Assembly (NCBI GenBank): GCA_022703055.1
Contig: JAKLEP010000002.1
Location: 22,247-86,246 of the forward strand
Source of the DNA: Candidatus Omnitrophota bacterium
Lineage (GTDB): Bacteria; Omnitrophota; Gorgyraeia; VGKH01
DNA length: 64,000 bases
Direction: 5' to 3'
Notes under the pieces: model-generated
What the model was told of the DNA's origin: nothing
Seen by the model: the letters and a program-made list of their open reading frames with translations, nothing else
Database searches by the model: none
Translations under genes and position numbers: made by a program
Shown: piece by piece, positions 24,893-34,814 of the stretch
Position numbering within the stretch: the first letter of the stretch is position 1
How the letters are laid out: the number at the start of each line of letters is the position of its first letter

Positions 24893-26938
24893 TTAACCAA
24901 ACTTCTTCTTCAACTCATCCATTACTTTTTTCAGCACACCATCATTATATAACTCGATAAAGGCATCGGCGACTACCGGATCAAATTGAATCTTACGGAA
25001 CTTTTTGATTTCGTTCATCGCTTCTTCTATTGATAAGCCTTTTCGGTAGGGCCTGTCGGTAGTCATGGCATCAAAGGCATCAGCCACGCGGATAATCCTG
25101 GCAAAAATGTGGATTGCATCTCCCTTTTGCTTATCAGGATAACCAGAGCCGTCGTAATTTTCATGATGATGCACCACACCCTGGATAATGTCTTCCCCGA
25201 ACCATTCCTTTAAGGGGCCGAGGATTTCGATACCGCGGGTGGGATGCTCCTTAATCTTGGCAAATTCCTCATCGTTAAGCGCGGCCGGCTTCAAAAGAAT
25301 ATTATCCGAGATTCCGACTTTTCCCAAATCATGCAGCTGGGCGGTCCAGTGAAGCGCGCTGATGGAGTTGGGTATGGAATGGATCAAGCGCTCCAGTTTA
25401 TTTCCTAACAACATTGAATATTGCGACACTCTTTCGGTGTGGCCGCGGGTGTAATGATCGCGGGCTTCCAAAGTCTCCAGCAATGATTTCTGCGAGGAGA
25501 CAATCAAACGGATTTTTTCGTTCTTCAATAATAATCCGGCGATGGCGCGGCCGGTCTGATTGGCCAAAGTCTGGAAGGCCTGGAGGTCCTGAGCAGTGTA
25601 GATTTCGTTAGTGATTTTATTACCCAGGTTCATAATACCAACCATCTCATCTTCGCAGAAACTGGGAACGCAGATTTCCACGCCCAAGATGGCCATTTCG
25701 CTTTCCACGGATTCCAGGAATTTTCTTTCGTGCGTAGTAAGATCTTTATTCTGCAGGTCATGCATAATCTGGCCATAGACTGCCGGCTTCTTCTCGTCTT
25801 TTAGATAGGCGACCAACGGGCTGTGGATTGAAAGCAACAATCCCAGCTCTAATTTGGGACGGTCTTTTTTGCGATAAACACAGGACATAAGCGCATAGGC
25901 ATTTTTCTGGTCATTCAGGATAAAAACAGCGGTGTGATCCAAACGCGTAAATGATGACACGTCTCTTACGATAAACGTCGCCATTTCTCTAACGTCTCTT
26001 GCCCTCGCCGTCCTCTCCGCCTCTTTCTCCAGCATCGGCCTGTAGGCGAATTTCTTGGAAAGGTCAGATTCATTCATACGAAGAATAAATTTTATAAATC
26101 TAAATAATGCAAATGCTATCAGAGCTGAAAGCAAAACAGGTACAGTTAACCAAGCTGGACCTAATTTCGGGGAAAGAATTGGCTGAATATAAGAAAGAGC
26201 AATATAAAGCAAGGCTACTGGAATTATAGCACCTATGGAAATGAAAGTTGTCTTCTTGACTAAAATTTCAATATCCATAAGGTGATGACGAACTATGCTA
26301 TAACTAATTATAGCTATATAAATTGCTCCAAATAAATAACCAAACGGATAAATTGCTATTCCATAATTAGGAAAAAAATCTACGGACGCGGAGCTATAAA
26401 TAGTAAATGCTAATAATACATATTTTATTTGGGTTCGTTCCGGAGGTGTAAGTTTCTTGTTTTTAAATAATAAAAATGATGCCAAGAGAATGCATGCGTA
26501 GCTTACCGAACCAATAAAAAATATTAAGAAAACTGGATGCAGAAAACCTGCTATTGGATAATACCCCCAGAAATATAATCTAAAATCTTTTACAACATAA
26601 CTGGTTCCCCATATTAAAAAACTAAATAATATAGAAAACAAATAAAATAATGAAATAATCTTTTGTAGACTTTTTATTTTTAGAACCTCTATGGTACAAT
26701 GTAATCCAGCAACACATATAAAAGCAATAGCTGTGTACCCAATTTTTAACCAGAAAGCAGCTATAGTTTTATCTGTTTGACGATAAGCGATCCCATATGC
26801 GAATAACCAAATACATGTAACTAAACTTAAAAAGAAAAAAACACGGTTAGTGACGTGTTTAGAATTCCTAGATAAAATAAAGAATCCAAGTATCAATAGC
26901 GCTAATGAGATAATAATTTGTGGAAACGAATAATACAT
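24893..26938 (-). CDS. Polytopic membrane sensor with GAF and HD-GYP phosphodiesterase domains
   Basis: 681 aa; at least 7 N-terminal TM helices, a GAF-like middle region, then HD-GYP motifs HDLGKVGISD and HHHENYDGSGYPD. Confidence 0.75.
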   Translation of the reverse strand: MYYSFPQIIISLALLILGFFILSRNSKHVTNRVFFFLSLVTCIWLFAYGIAYRQTDKTIAAFWLKIGYTAIAFICVAGLHCTIEVLKIKSLQKIISLFYLFSILFSFLIWGTSYVVKDFRLYFWGYYPIAGFLHPVFLIFFIGSVSYACILLASFLLFKNKKLTPPERTQIKYVLLAFTIYSSASVDFFPNYGIAIYPFGYLFGAIYIAIISYSIVRHHLMDIEILVKKTTFISIGAIIPVALLYIALSYIQPILSPKLGPAWLTVPVLLSALIAFALFRFIKFILRMNESDLSKKFAYRPMLEKEAERTARARDVREMATFIVRDVSSFTRLDHTAVFILNDQKNAYALMSCVYRKKDRPKLELGLLLSIHSPLVAYLKDEKKPAVYGQIMHDLQNKDLTTHERKFLESVESEMAILGVEICVPSFCEDEMVGIMNLGNKITNEIYTAQDLQAFQTLANQTGRAIAGLLLKNEKIRLIVSSQKSLLETLEARDHYTRGHTERVSQYSMLLGNKLERLIHSIPNSISALHWTAQLHDLGKVGISDNILLKPAALNDEEFAKIKEHPTRGIEILGPLKEWFGEDIIQGVVHHHENYDGSGYPDKQKGDAIHIFARIIRVADAFDAMTTDRPYRKGLSIEEAMNEIKKFRKIQFDPVVADAFIELYNDGVLKKVMDELKKKFG

Positions 26939-26949
26939 ATTTTTAGTAA

Positions 26950-28425
26950 TTAAAGTCCAATTTCTTTATATTTCCATTGTTTTCCGAGGTCCCCAAGTAT
27001 AATTCTTGCTGCTCTTCTACCAGAGAAACTAACTACTGGGATACCTCCTGAAGGAACAAATTCTCCCGTATACCAATGCCCTGCAGCATATAATCCTTTA
27101 ATTGAACAACGTTGTTTAATTTTATATAATTTTGTCCTTTCAAAATCTGGGAGCCACCCTAGACAAGCTCCGTTGGTATTAAGGGTAAATCTTTCAAAAG
27201 TTATAGGGGTAGCAACAAATTTCTTTTCAATATTATTCTTCAAATTTGGGATTATTTTGTTTGCCAAATCAACAATTAAACCAGCAATTCTATCTTTGTT
27301 ATTCAACCAAAATTCTGGAGATTCGTAGTTCGCAAGAATATAAAGACCAACGCTCGTATGAGAATTATAGCACTGTTCAGGATCGTGTAAAGAAGGAAAA
27401 GACATCATGAGATAACGCAAATCATCTTTATTAAATATTCTCTTTGTATCAAACATAGTTTCATCAATATTATAATCCGAGAAATACAAAATATTTGCTG
27501 GATTATCCAAAGCCGATTGCATATCGATATTAAGACCGGCATATACCACGAACATCGACGGCGACCTCACTAGATAATTTATTTTATCTAATTCATCTGT
27601 TTTTACATTTAAAAGGCTAGAGAAGGTTTCATGCGCATCAGCATTAGTAACTATAACATCCGCACGATACTGCTCGCCATTTTCCAACTCAACACCACAA
27701 ACAGAATTATTATCATTTAGAATTCTGGCGACTCTAGCATTTAATTTCATATCGCTACCACCAGTTCTAATAAATTGAGTTAAAAGATTAGGATACGATT
27801 GACTACCTCCATAAGGATAATATCCTGGATCCATTACATACTCTCTAAACATAGCAATACAAGCTAATGCTAGACTTTTATCTGCATGTGCCCCTATATT
27901 CCATATTGATATTGCATTAAGTATTGCTTTTATCTTTTTGTCTTCAAAAAACTCATCTAAAACACTACGAAATGTCATTTTCTTTATTTTTGGATAAACT
28001 GTAAGGAAGAAATCTTTTTGGCTAACAAAGTCAAAAAAACGTTTGATATTTTTCTCTTGTTGCGGAAATTTATCTCTAAACTCGTTAATTGTTAGAGCTG
28101 GATCTGATCTTAAGCATATATCTCCATCTGGTGTTATAATTCTTTCAACCGGATCAAACTGATGGACCTTTAATAAATTAGCAATTTCTAATTCATCTAA
28201 AATTTTACCTAAAATCCCTTTTTTCAATGACCCTAAGTAATGCACCCCAATATCGAACTTGTAGGCACCTAACTCAAGCGATGCGCAACATCCACCAGGT
28301 TTATCGTTTTGTTCTAAGACCAATATTTTTAAACCAGACTTAATAAGGTAACAGGCACAAATAAGTCCTCCTACTCCCGCCCCAATAATTATTGCATCAT
28401 ATTTGTTTGGAACTTTAACGCTCAT
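26950..28425 (-). CDS. FAD-dependent oxidoreductase of the phytoene-desaturase (CrtI/amine-oxidase) superfamily
   Basis: 491 aa; N-terminal dinucleotide fold YDAIIIGAGVGGLICACYLIKSGLKILVLEQNDKPGGCCAS. Confidence 0.7.
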   Translation of the reverse strand: MSVKVPNKYDAIIIGAGVGGLICACYLIKSGLKILVLEQNDKPGGCCASLELGAYKFDIGVHYLGSLKKGILGKILDELEIANLLKVHQFDPVERIITPDGDICLRSDPALTINEFRDKFPQQEKNIKRFFDFVSQKDFFLTVYPKIKKMTFRSVLDEFFEDKKIKAILNAISIWNIGAHADKSLALACIAMFREYVMDPGYYPYGGSQSYPNLLTQFIRTGGSDMKLNARVARILNDNNSVCGVELENGEQYRADVIVTNADAHETFSSLLNVKTDELDKINYLVRSPSMFVVYAGLNIDMQSALDNPANILYFSDYNIDETMFDTKRIFNKDDLRYLMMSFPSLHDPEQCYNSHTSVGLYILANYESPEFWLNNKDRIAGLIVDLANKIIPNLKNNIEKKFVATPITFERFTLNTNGACLGWLPDFERTKLYKIKQRCSIKGLYAAGHWYTGEFVPSGGIPVVSFSGRRAARIILGDLGKQWKYKEIGL

Positions 28426-29489
28426 CTTGTCTTTCGTTTTATAAAATTACAATCTACTGAATATTTCAATAATCTTAAAAATGTATTTTCGTCAAATCGT
28501 GGGATTTCAAAATTTAAGCTCCTTAAACCTTGCATTGTTTTTATTGACGAAATAGATGTACTGGGATTGAAGGTAAAAATTGTATTTTCGAGAAGTCTCC
28601 TTTGGATAGCAGACAAGTTACCAATCTTGAATTCTTCTCTTCTAACAAGTTTTGGCATTTTATATCCAAGATATTTACTGGCAATATAAATCATCTCTTC
28701 AAATAAAATAGTGGTTTCATGGAAAGGATGGTAGGTACAATTCTTTTCTTTAGAAAATTCATTTATTAATAAAATTGCATTAACTAATGAATCTACGCAT
28801 ATAATGTTAGAAGGGACATCCTTAGCGGGATAAACGTCAAATATCTCCATATTAAATAAGTGTATTGCTTGAAATATGCTTTGAAAAGAAGGCGTCTTCC
28901 CAGAAGAAGATTCCCCAAGCACAATGGGAGGACGATAGATATCGATCCATAAACCTTTCTTTCTGAACAAATCAATTTGCTTTTCTGCAAGGAATTTGGT
29001 TTTTTCATATGAAGTATTGAAAGACTGCCCCATATCTAAACTATCTTCCATAAACTTACCTTGATAATCACCGCAGACATATACAGTGCTGAAATAATTT
29101 ACTTTGCGTAATCGCCCTTCAGATATTTTCTCGGCAAAAGATAAAATATTAAAAGTACCATCGACATTGACTTGTTTAAGCGATAGAAAACCTTCTCTAA
29201 GGTTAGTTCCCGCGGCGCAGTGAAAGATTTCATCTATTTGTCCTCTTAAACGTAAAGTATCTTGGCTGTTTATCTCCAAATTCGATTTTCTAATATCGCC
29301 ATTAATAATTTCAAAATTATTTCGAATTTTTGGCAAAGAGCGCTTGTTCCAGAATTCTAAACAGTTGAGAATATTTTTAGGAGAATCTTTACGAACCAAA
29401 CAAAATACCTTATATCCTTTCAGCAATAAAGTTTGCAAAAGATATGATCCTATAAAACCTGTTCCGCCTGTTAAAAAAATAGTTTTCAT
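28422..29489 (-). CDS. NAD(P)-dependent reductase of the thioester-reductase / fatty-acyl reductase (male-sterility NAD-binding) SDR type
   Basis: 355 aa; MKTIFLTGGTGFIGSYLL Rossmann motif and catalytic Y-x3-K (YEKTK). Confidence 0.65.
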   Translation of the reverse strand: MKTIFLTGGTGFIGSYLLQTLLLKGYKVFCLVRKDSPKNILNCLEFWNKRSLPKIRNNFEIINGDIRKSNLEINSQDTLRLRGQIDEIFHCAAGTNLREGFLSLKQVNVDGTFNILSFAEKISEGRLRKVNYFSTVYVCGDYQGKFMEDSLDMGQSFNTSYEKTKFLAEKQIDLFRKKGLWIDIYRPPIVLGESSSGKTPSFQSIFQAIHLFNMEIFDVYPAKDVPSNIICVDSLVNAILLINEFSKEKNCTYHPFHETTILFEEMIYIASKYLGYKMPKLVRREEFKIGNLSAIQRRLLENTIFTFNPSTSISSIKTMQGLRSLNFEIPRFDENTFLRLLKYSVDCNFIKRKTR

Positions 29490-29585
29490 TTCTTTCTAAA
29501 ACAGCAAAATATATTCATAGAATTTATAATACTTTATTTCCTGATAACTCAACTGCAAACCTCGTTCCTTCGTTTATTTTACTTT

Positions 29586-30815
29586 CTACTTTTGTACTTC
29601 CACAATTTTTTTAAAAACTAAGCACGCATTGTTTCCCCCGAACGCGTATGAATTATTGAAAGCTATATTTACCTCTGCTTTGCGAGAATGATTTGGCACA
29701 CAATCTACATCACACTCCGGATCCGGAGTCTGGTAATTTATCGTCGGGGCAATTACGCCTTCTTTTATCGTCAGACAGCAGGAAATCGCCTCAATTGCCG
29801 ATGCTGCGCCCATAGTGTGTCCAAGCATTGATTTGATTGAACTTATAGGAATCTCTTTATATTTTGCGCCAAAAACTTTCTTAATTGCCGAACATTCGGT
29901 TTTATCATTCTGCACGGTTCCGGTTCCGTGCGCGCTGATATAATCTACATCCTCAATTTTGATACCTGCCTCTTTTATCCCTCGCCTCATACATTCCACG
30001 ATTCCTTCTTCTTTGGGCGCGGTCATATGATAGGCATCACAGGATAAACCATAGCCAAGAATCTCGGCATAAATTGTCGCTTTTCTTTTTAAGGCACTGT
30101 CTAATGTTTCCAATAATAGCATTCCGGCGCCTTCGCCGACCAGCATTCCTTCGCGGTTTAAATCAAACGGACGGCAGACTTCCGGGGCCATGGCATAAAG
30201 CCGGCTAAAACCGACCAAATTAACCCGGGAAAAAGCATCCACACCGCCTGCCAGCATAACATCTGCTTTGCCAGATCTGATTAGATCAAAGGCATAGCCG
30301 ATAGAATAATTTCCTGCAGAACAGGCATTAGCAAACATGAAACTATCAACTTTTAATTGCAGTTCATTGGCGAGGTTTCCGACGATATTATTAGTGGGAA
30401 ATAAAATTACGGTTTTATGGCCAATATCTTTTTCGCCCTTGTCTACCCAAAGCTTATCCATCTCTTCTAATATCTGAGCCTCGCCCATAGTAGTTCCAAG
30501 GCAAACGCCCATTTTTGCTTTGTCTATCTTTTTGATATTTAATCCTGCGTCTTCTAAAGACAGGCGAGCAGCCGCGAGCGCCATCTGTGAGGCGCGGCCC
30601 ATGTGTTTGAGCTTTCTTTTATCGATAAACTCCTCTGACTTGAAATTCTTGACCTCGCCGCCAAAGTGTCGTTCGTAGGCAGATGTATCAAAGGCTTCAA
30701 TCTTGCTTATTCCTGATTTACCGGCGATAAGGTTTCGCCAGAAATCAGCTTTGCCAATGCCGATCGAGCTTACCACGCCTAGACCAGTTATAACAACTCT
30801 TCGATTATTCTTCAT
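29586..30815 (-). CDS. fabF: 3-oxoacyl-ACP synthase II
   Basis: 409 aa; RRVVITGLGVVSSIG…, active-site ACSAG, HGTGT, NSYAFGGNNA motifs. Confidence 0.9.
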   Translation of the reverse strand: MKNNRRVVITGLGVVSSIGIGKADFWRNLIAGKSGISKIEAFDTSAYERHFGGEVKNFKSEEFIDKRKLKHMGRASQMALAAARLSLEDAGLNIKKIDKAKMGVCLGTTMGEAQILEEMDKLWVDKGEKDIGHKTVILFPTNNIVGNLANELQLKVDSFMFANACSAGNYSIGYAFDLIRSGKADVMLAGGVDAFSRVNLVGFSRLYAMAPEVCRPFDLNREGMLVGEGAGMLLLETLDSALKRKATIYAEILGYGLSCDAYHMTAPKEEGIVECMRRGIKEAGIKIEDVDYISAHGTGTVQNDKTECSAIKKVFGAKYKEIPISSIKSMLGHTMGAASAIEAISCCLTIKEGVIAPTINYQTPDPECDVDCVPNHSRKAEVNIAFNNSYAFGGNNACLVFKKIVEVQK

Positions 30816-31024
30816 TCTTTTCTGCGATCACTCTTCTGTGAATTATACCTGACCTTCTCGGAAATCCACTGATCAATCATCTTACGATGAAAGCGCCAGT
30901 CCGAGCCGAATTTAAAGGCTGGGATCTTACCTTCCCTGGCATATTTATAAATCGTCGCCGGATGGACATCCAGATACGCCGCCACGTCCCTTAAATCCAT
31001 TATCTCTTTACTTTTATTAGCCAT
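30812..31024 (-). CDS. Excisionase-family (HTH_17, MerR-superfamily) DNA-binding protein
   Basis: 70 aa; LRDVAAYLDVHPATIYKYAREGKIPAFKFGSDWRFHRKMIDQWI is a typical HTH_17 helix-turn-helix. ATGA overlap with fabF. It occupies the slot where acpP/fabG normally sit. Confidence 0.65.
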   Translation of the reverse strand: MANKSKEIMDLRDVAAYLDVHPATIYKYAREGKIPAFKFGSDWRFHRKMIDQWISEKVRYNSQKSDRRKE

Positions 31025-31116
31025 AAATTTTCCTCCTTAAAATTTTAAGCAAATCTTCTAAATTACAAAAAATCATATGTTATCATATGCTATGCTAAGC
31101 TAAATTGTGTTATCTT

Positions 31117-31145
31117 AATATATCTTAAATAGAAAAATTTGTCAA
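31117..31145 (-). promoter_or_regulatory. Sigma70-like promoter for the HTH-fabF unit
   Basis: Minus strand reads TTGACA-N17-TATATT; the 5'UTR contains CATATGATAACATATGAT repeats. Confidence 0.4.
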
Positions 31146-31189
31146 TGATTATTTGTACCTGAATTGAATTTTGGTTGGTTTTCCGACGA

Positions 31190-32110
31190 TTATACTGCGA
31201 GGTTTTCGATATCCTGAGGCTTCTCTAAATTGAAGACTTTGAGCTTTGAATCAATGCGCCTAAGCATGCCTTTTAAGATTTGGCCGGGCCCGATCTCTAT
31301 GAATTCAGTAACGCCCTGGCCTGCCATATAGCGCACTGATTCCTCCCAAAGCACCGAGGCGCTGACCTGGCGCACAAGATTCGCCTTGATTTCTTCGGGC
31401 TTAATCTCCGGCTTGGCAATGACATTGCTGACAACCGGAATTTGCGCCGGGTTAATCTTGGATTTATTCAATAATGCAGATAATTTCTCTCCGGCAGGAT
31501 TCATATAGTAGGAATGGAACGCTCCGCTTACCTCTAAGACTATTGCCTTGAAACCTTGTGCCTTGACTGCCTCAACGGTCTTATCGATATCAACAGCTTT
31601 TCCTGAAACTACCACTTGTCCCGGACAATTTAAGTTGGCAACATAAGTCGCGCAATCTTTACAGATCGCTTTTACTTTCTCAAGGTCCATGCCCAAAATC
31701 GCCGCCATCTTTCCGGGAGTGCTGCGGGCATCCTCCTCCATATATTCGGCGCGCTGCCTGACGATTTTCAAGGCATCTTCAAAACTGAAAACTTCTGACG
31801 CCACTAAAGCCGAATATTCGCCCAGGCTTAAACCTGCAGTAAATTTTGGTTTAAAATTTTTTGATTTAGGATGGCTTTTAAAGGCTTCCAGGACAGCGAC
31901 GCTTAAGGTGAAAATTGCCGGCTGGCAGTTAATCGTGGATTTGAGTTGTTCTTGCGGGCCTTGGAAACAAAGTTTAGTTAGGCTGAATCCCAGGACTTTA
32001 TCGGCTTTATCAAATACTGATTTGGCTTGGGGGGAAATTCGATAGATTTCTTTTCCCATGCCAACATACTGCGAGCCTTGACCGGGGAAAATGTAAGCTA
32101 TATTTTTCAT
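31190..32110 (-). CDS. fabD: Malonyl-CoA:ACP transacylase
   Basis: 306 aa; IFPGQGSQYVGMG and GLSLGEYSAL active-site Ser motif. Confidence 0.9.
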   Translation of the reverse strand: MKNIAYIFPGQGSQYVGMGKEIYRISPQAKSVFDKADKVLGFSLTKLCFQGPQEQLKSTINCQPAIFTLSVAVLEAFKSHPKSKNFKPKFTAGLSLGEYSALVASEVFSFEDALKIVRQRAEYMEEDARSTPGKMAAILGMDLEKVKAICKDCATYVANLNCPGQVVVSGKAVDIDKTVEAVKAQGFKAIVLEVSGAFHSYYMNPAGEKLSALLNKSKINPAQIPVVSNVIAKPEIKPEEIKANLVRQVSASVLWEESVRYMAGQGVTEFIEIGPGQILKGMLRRIDSKLKVFNLEKPQDIENLAV

Positions 32111-32215
32111 AAATAAGTTATTTCAGTTAATGCAGTTATTTCTGTTAGGTCAGTTCTATTCCTTAACTAACGTAACTGGCTCAACTGACTAAACTGTCCT
32201 AACATTTCTTTATTT

Positions 32216-33193
32216 TTACCATTTAATAACTATGGAGCCCCAGACCAGTCCTCCGCCAAAGGCAACCAGGACAACGATATCGCCTTTTTTGATTTTTCCG
32301 TCGCGGAAGGCTTCGGTAAGCGCGGTGGCGGTTGAGGCAGATGACATGTTTCCGTAGCGGGCGATATTCATATAAATCTTATCTTCGGGGACTCCGATTC
32401 TCTTGGCCATGGCCAAAAGTATGCGGATATTAGCCTGATGAGGAATAACGCAATCAATGTCTTTCCAGCTAAGACCCACCTTTTCCAAGGCAATCTTGGT
32501 GGCTTCGCCCAGGAGTTTTACGGCATGCTTAAAGACTTCATTACCCTGCATCTTGATAGTGTGTAATTTTTCATCCACGGTTTGATGAGTCGCTGGATTT
32601 CTCGAGCCGCCGGCAGGAAGAAGCAATAAATCCCCCAATTCTCCGTCGCTGGCAAGATAAGTAGAAAGTATTCCGTTTTCTTTAACAGGAGCTAAAACGC
32701 AGGATCCTGCTCCGTCTCCAAAAAGGACACAGGTGCTTCTATCGGTCCAATCGGTAATCCTAGATAGAACCTCGGTTCCAACAACCAAAGCATTTTTATA
32801 AACGCCGTTAGCGATAAATTGCTGGGCGATAGTTATCCCATAGATGTATCCGGCGCAGGCGGCCGAGATATCGAAACTCGCGGCCTTTTTGGCGCCTAAT
32901 GCTTTTTGCACCCAACAGGCAGTGGAAGGAAACTGCGTATCCGGGGTGATGGTAGCGACAATAATCAAATCTAAATCTTCGGGTTTTAATTTGGCTTGGG
33001 CGAGCGCTTCTCTGGCGGCATTTACTGCCAGATCGCTTGCGGCCTGGGACTTATCGGCGATCCTTCTCTCTTTTATCCCGGTGCGGGTGGTAATCCACTC
33101 ATCGGAAGTATCAACCATTTTCTCCAGGTCCTGATTGGTGAGCTTTTTCTCAGGAACATACATCCCAAGGCCGATGATTCCTACGTTTTTCAT
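32216..33193 (-). CDS. fabH: 3-oxoacyl-ACP synthase III
   Basis: 325 aa; GIIGLGMYVPEKKLTNQDLEKMVDTSDEWITTRTGIKERR…; Cys-His-Asn triad context (AACAGY, HQAN, GGG). Confidence 0.9.
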   Translation of the reverse strand: MKNVGIIGLGMYVPEKKLTNQDLEKMVDTSDEWITTRTGIKERRIADKSQAASDLAVNAAREALAQAKLKPEDLDLIIVATITPDTQFPSTACWVQKALGAKKAASFDISAACAGYIYGITIAQQFIANGVYKNALVVGTEVLSRITDWTDRSTCVLFGDGAGSCVLAPVKENGILSTYLASDGELGDLLLLPAGGSRNPATHQTVDEKLHTIKMQGNEVFKHAVKLLGEATKIALEKVGLSWKDIDCVIPHQANIRILLAMAKRIGVPEDKIYMNIARYGNMSSASTATALTEAFRDGKIKKGDIVVLVAFGGGLVWGSIVIKW

Positions 33194-34179
33194 AGCGCCT
33201 TTATTTCCTCGATGATTTTTGCATTAACATTCTTTTCAATCTCTTCCTTGGCTACGCGGATTGCGTTTTTAATAGCCTTGGCGCTGGAACGGCCGTGTCC
33301 GATAATTACAATACCATTAACCCCCAGAAGCAGCGCTCCTCCGTATTCGGAATAATCCATCTGTTTCCTGAAACGCTTAAAACCTCTCATCATCAAAAGC
33401 GCGCCTAGCTTGCTCCAGATATTGCTGTATATCTGCCGCTTTAAAAACTCTGCAATTACTTCGGCCAATCCTTCTGCTATTTTTAACGCGATGTTGCCTA
33501 CAAATCCATCGCAGACAATGCAATCACATTTTCCGGAAAATATATCTTTGCCCTCAACATTGCCGATAAAGTTAATCTTGGCTTTTTCTAAAACCGCATA
33601 GGTCTCTTTGACATATTCCGGACCCTTTGTTTCCTCTTCGCCGATATTAAGAAGTCCCACGCGAGGATTTGGGATATTTAAGACGTTACGAAAATATGCT
33701 GTGGCCATTACGGCGTACTGCTGCAGATGAATCGGTTTAGGATTAATATTCGCCCCCACATCGACCAATAAAGCCCTGCCGGTTAAAGAAGGGGTAATTA
33801 TTGCGATTCCCGGCCTCTCTATTCCAGATAGAAGACCTAAACTCAATGTGGCAGCGCAAACCACAGCTCCGGTATTTCCAGCGCTGACCATGGCATCGGC
33901 CCTATCGTCCTTAGTCATCTCAATGGCTTTAACTATAGAGGAATCTCTTTTTCTTCTGACACTCGTCGCCGCCGACTCGTCCATTTCAATAACTTCTGAT
34001 GCTTCTTGGATACTGATACGATTGGAAGGATACTTGTATTTTTTAAGCTCTTCTTCGATGGCGGCTTTTTTCCCGACCAGAATCACTTCGATATCATATT
34101 CTTTTACCGCCATTACTGCGCCGCTGACAATCGCACCCGGCGCATGATCTCCACCCATTGCATCTACGGAAATACGCAT
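33190..34179 (-). CDS. plsX: Phosphate acyltransferase
   Basis: 329 aa; MRISVDAMGGDHAPGAIVSGAVMAV…. Confidence 0.9.
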   Translation of the reverse strand: MRISVDAMGGDHAPGAIVSGAVMAVKEYDIEVILVGKKAAIEEELKKYKYPSNRISIQEASEVIEMDESAATSVRRKRDSSIVKAIEMTKDDRADAMVSAGNTGAVVCAATLSLGLLSGIERPGIAIITPSLTGRALLVDVGANINPKPIHLQQYAVMATAYFRNVLNIPNPRVGLLNIGEEETKGPEYVKETYAVLEKAKINFIGNVEGKDIFSGKCDCIVCDGFVGNIALKIAEGLAEVIAEFLKRQIYSNIWSKLGALLMMRGFKRFRKQMDYSEYGGALLLGVNGIVIIGHGRSSAKAIKNAIRVAKEEIEKNVNAKIIEEIKAL

Positions 34180-34182
34180 AAT

Positions 34183-34386
34183 TTATTCCTTTTTCTTTTT
34201 CTCTTCTTTGGTCTTGATTTCAACCACGACCCTGTCTTTGTAAAATCCGCATATAGGACAAATCTGATGCGGAGGCTTCAAGGTCTTACACTGAGGGCAA
34301 ACCACCAGATTCGGCGCCTCAAATTTCCAATGAGTTCTGCGTTTTCTTCCACGTTGCTTAGAATGTCTTCTTTTCGGTAATGGCAT
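34183..34386 (-). CDS. rpmF: 50S ribosomal protein L32
   Basis: 67 aa; MPLPKRRHSKQRGRKRRTHWK… with CPQC…CPIC zinc ribbon. Confidence 0.9.
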   Translation of the reverse strand: MPLPKRRHSKQRGRKRRTHWKFEAPNLVVCPQCKTLKPPHQICPICGFYKDRVVVEIKTKEEKKKKE

Positions 34387-34403
34387 TGTTCCTTCCTTTC
34401 AGA

Positions 34404-34814
34404 CTAAATCTTACAGTTACATTTTTCCAGATTCAAATTCTTTCCGCATTTAGGGCATAAACCTTTGCAATCCGGCTTGCACAGGGATTTGACCGGGAAA
34501 TCCAGGATTAATTCTTCGCGCAGTTCCTGGGCAAGGTCTATAACTTCCTGGCCCTGATCCGTTTCATAAACAAAACGGAATTTTTTATCTATTTTCGTGG
34601 GACAGGCAGCTAAACATCTAGAGCAGAAAACATCAGCTTCGCTGTTTATCCTGGCATTAACCGTGACGGCGTTAATCCCCTTCTCGATGAATGCCTTGAT
34701 TTCAATGGGCTTCTTAAAAACTACCTCTTTTGAAACAATATCTAAATCTGATGGCATTAAGTTCTCGCTTAATTCCAATCCTTCGGCGGGAACTTGCCGT
34801 AAATTTATTTTCAT
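34404..34814 (-). CDS. yceD: YceD/DUF177 family protein (23S rRNA accumulation protein)
   Basis: 136 aa; C-terminal CKPDCKGLCPKCGKNLN motif. Conserved position upstream of rpmF-plsX. Confidence 0.8.
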   Translation of the reverse strand: MKINLRQVPAEGLELSENLMPSDLDIVSKEVVFKKPIEIKAFIEKGINAVTVNARINSEADVFCSRCLAACPTKIDKKFRFVYETDQGQEVIDLAQELREELILDFPVKSLCKPDCKGLCPKCGKNLNLEKCNCKI

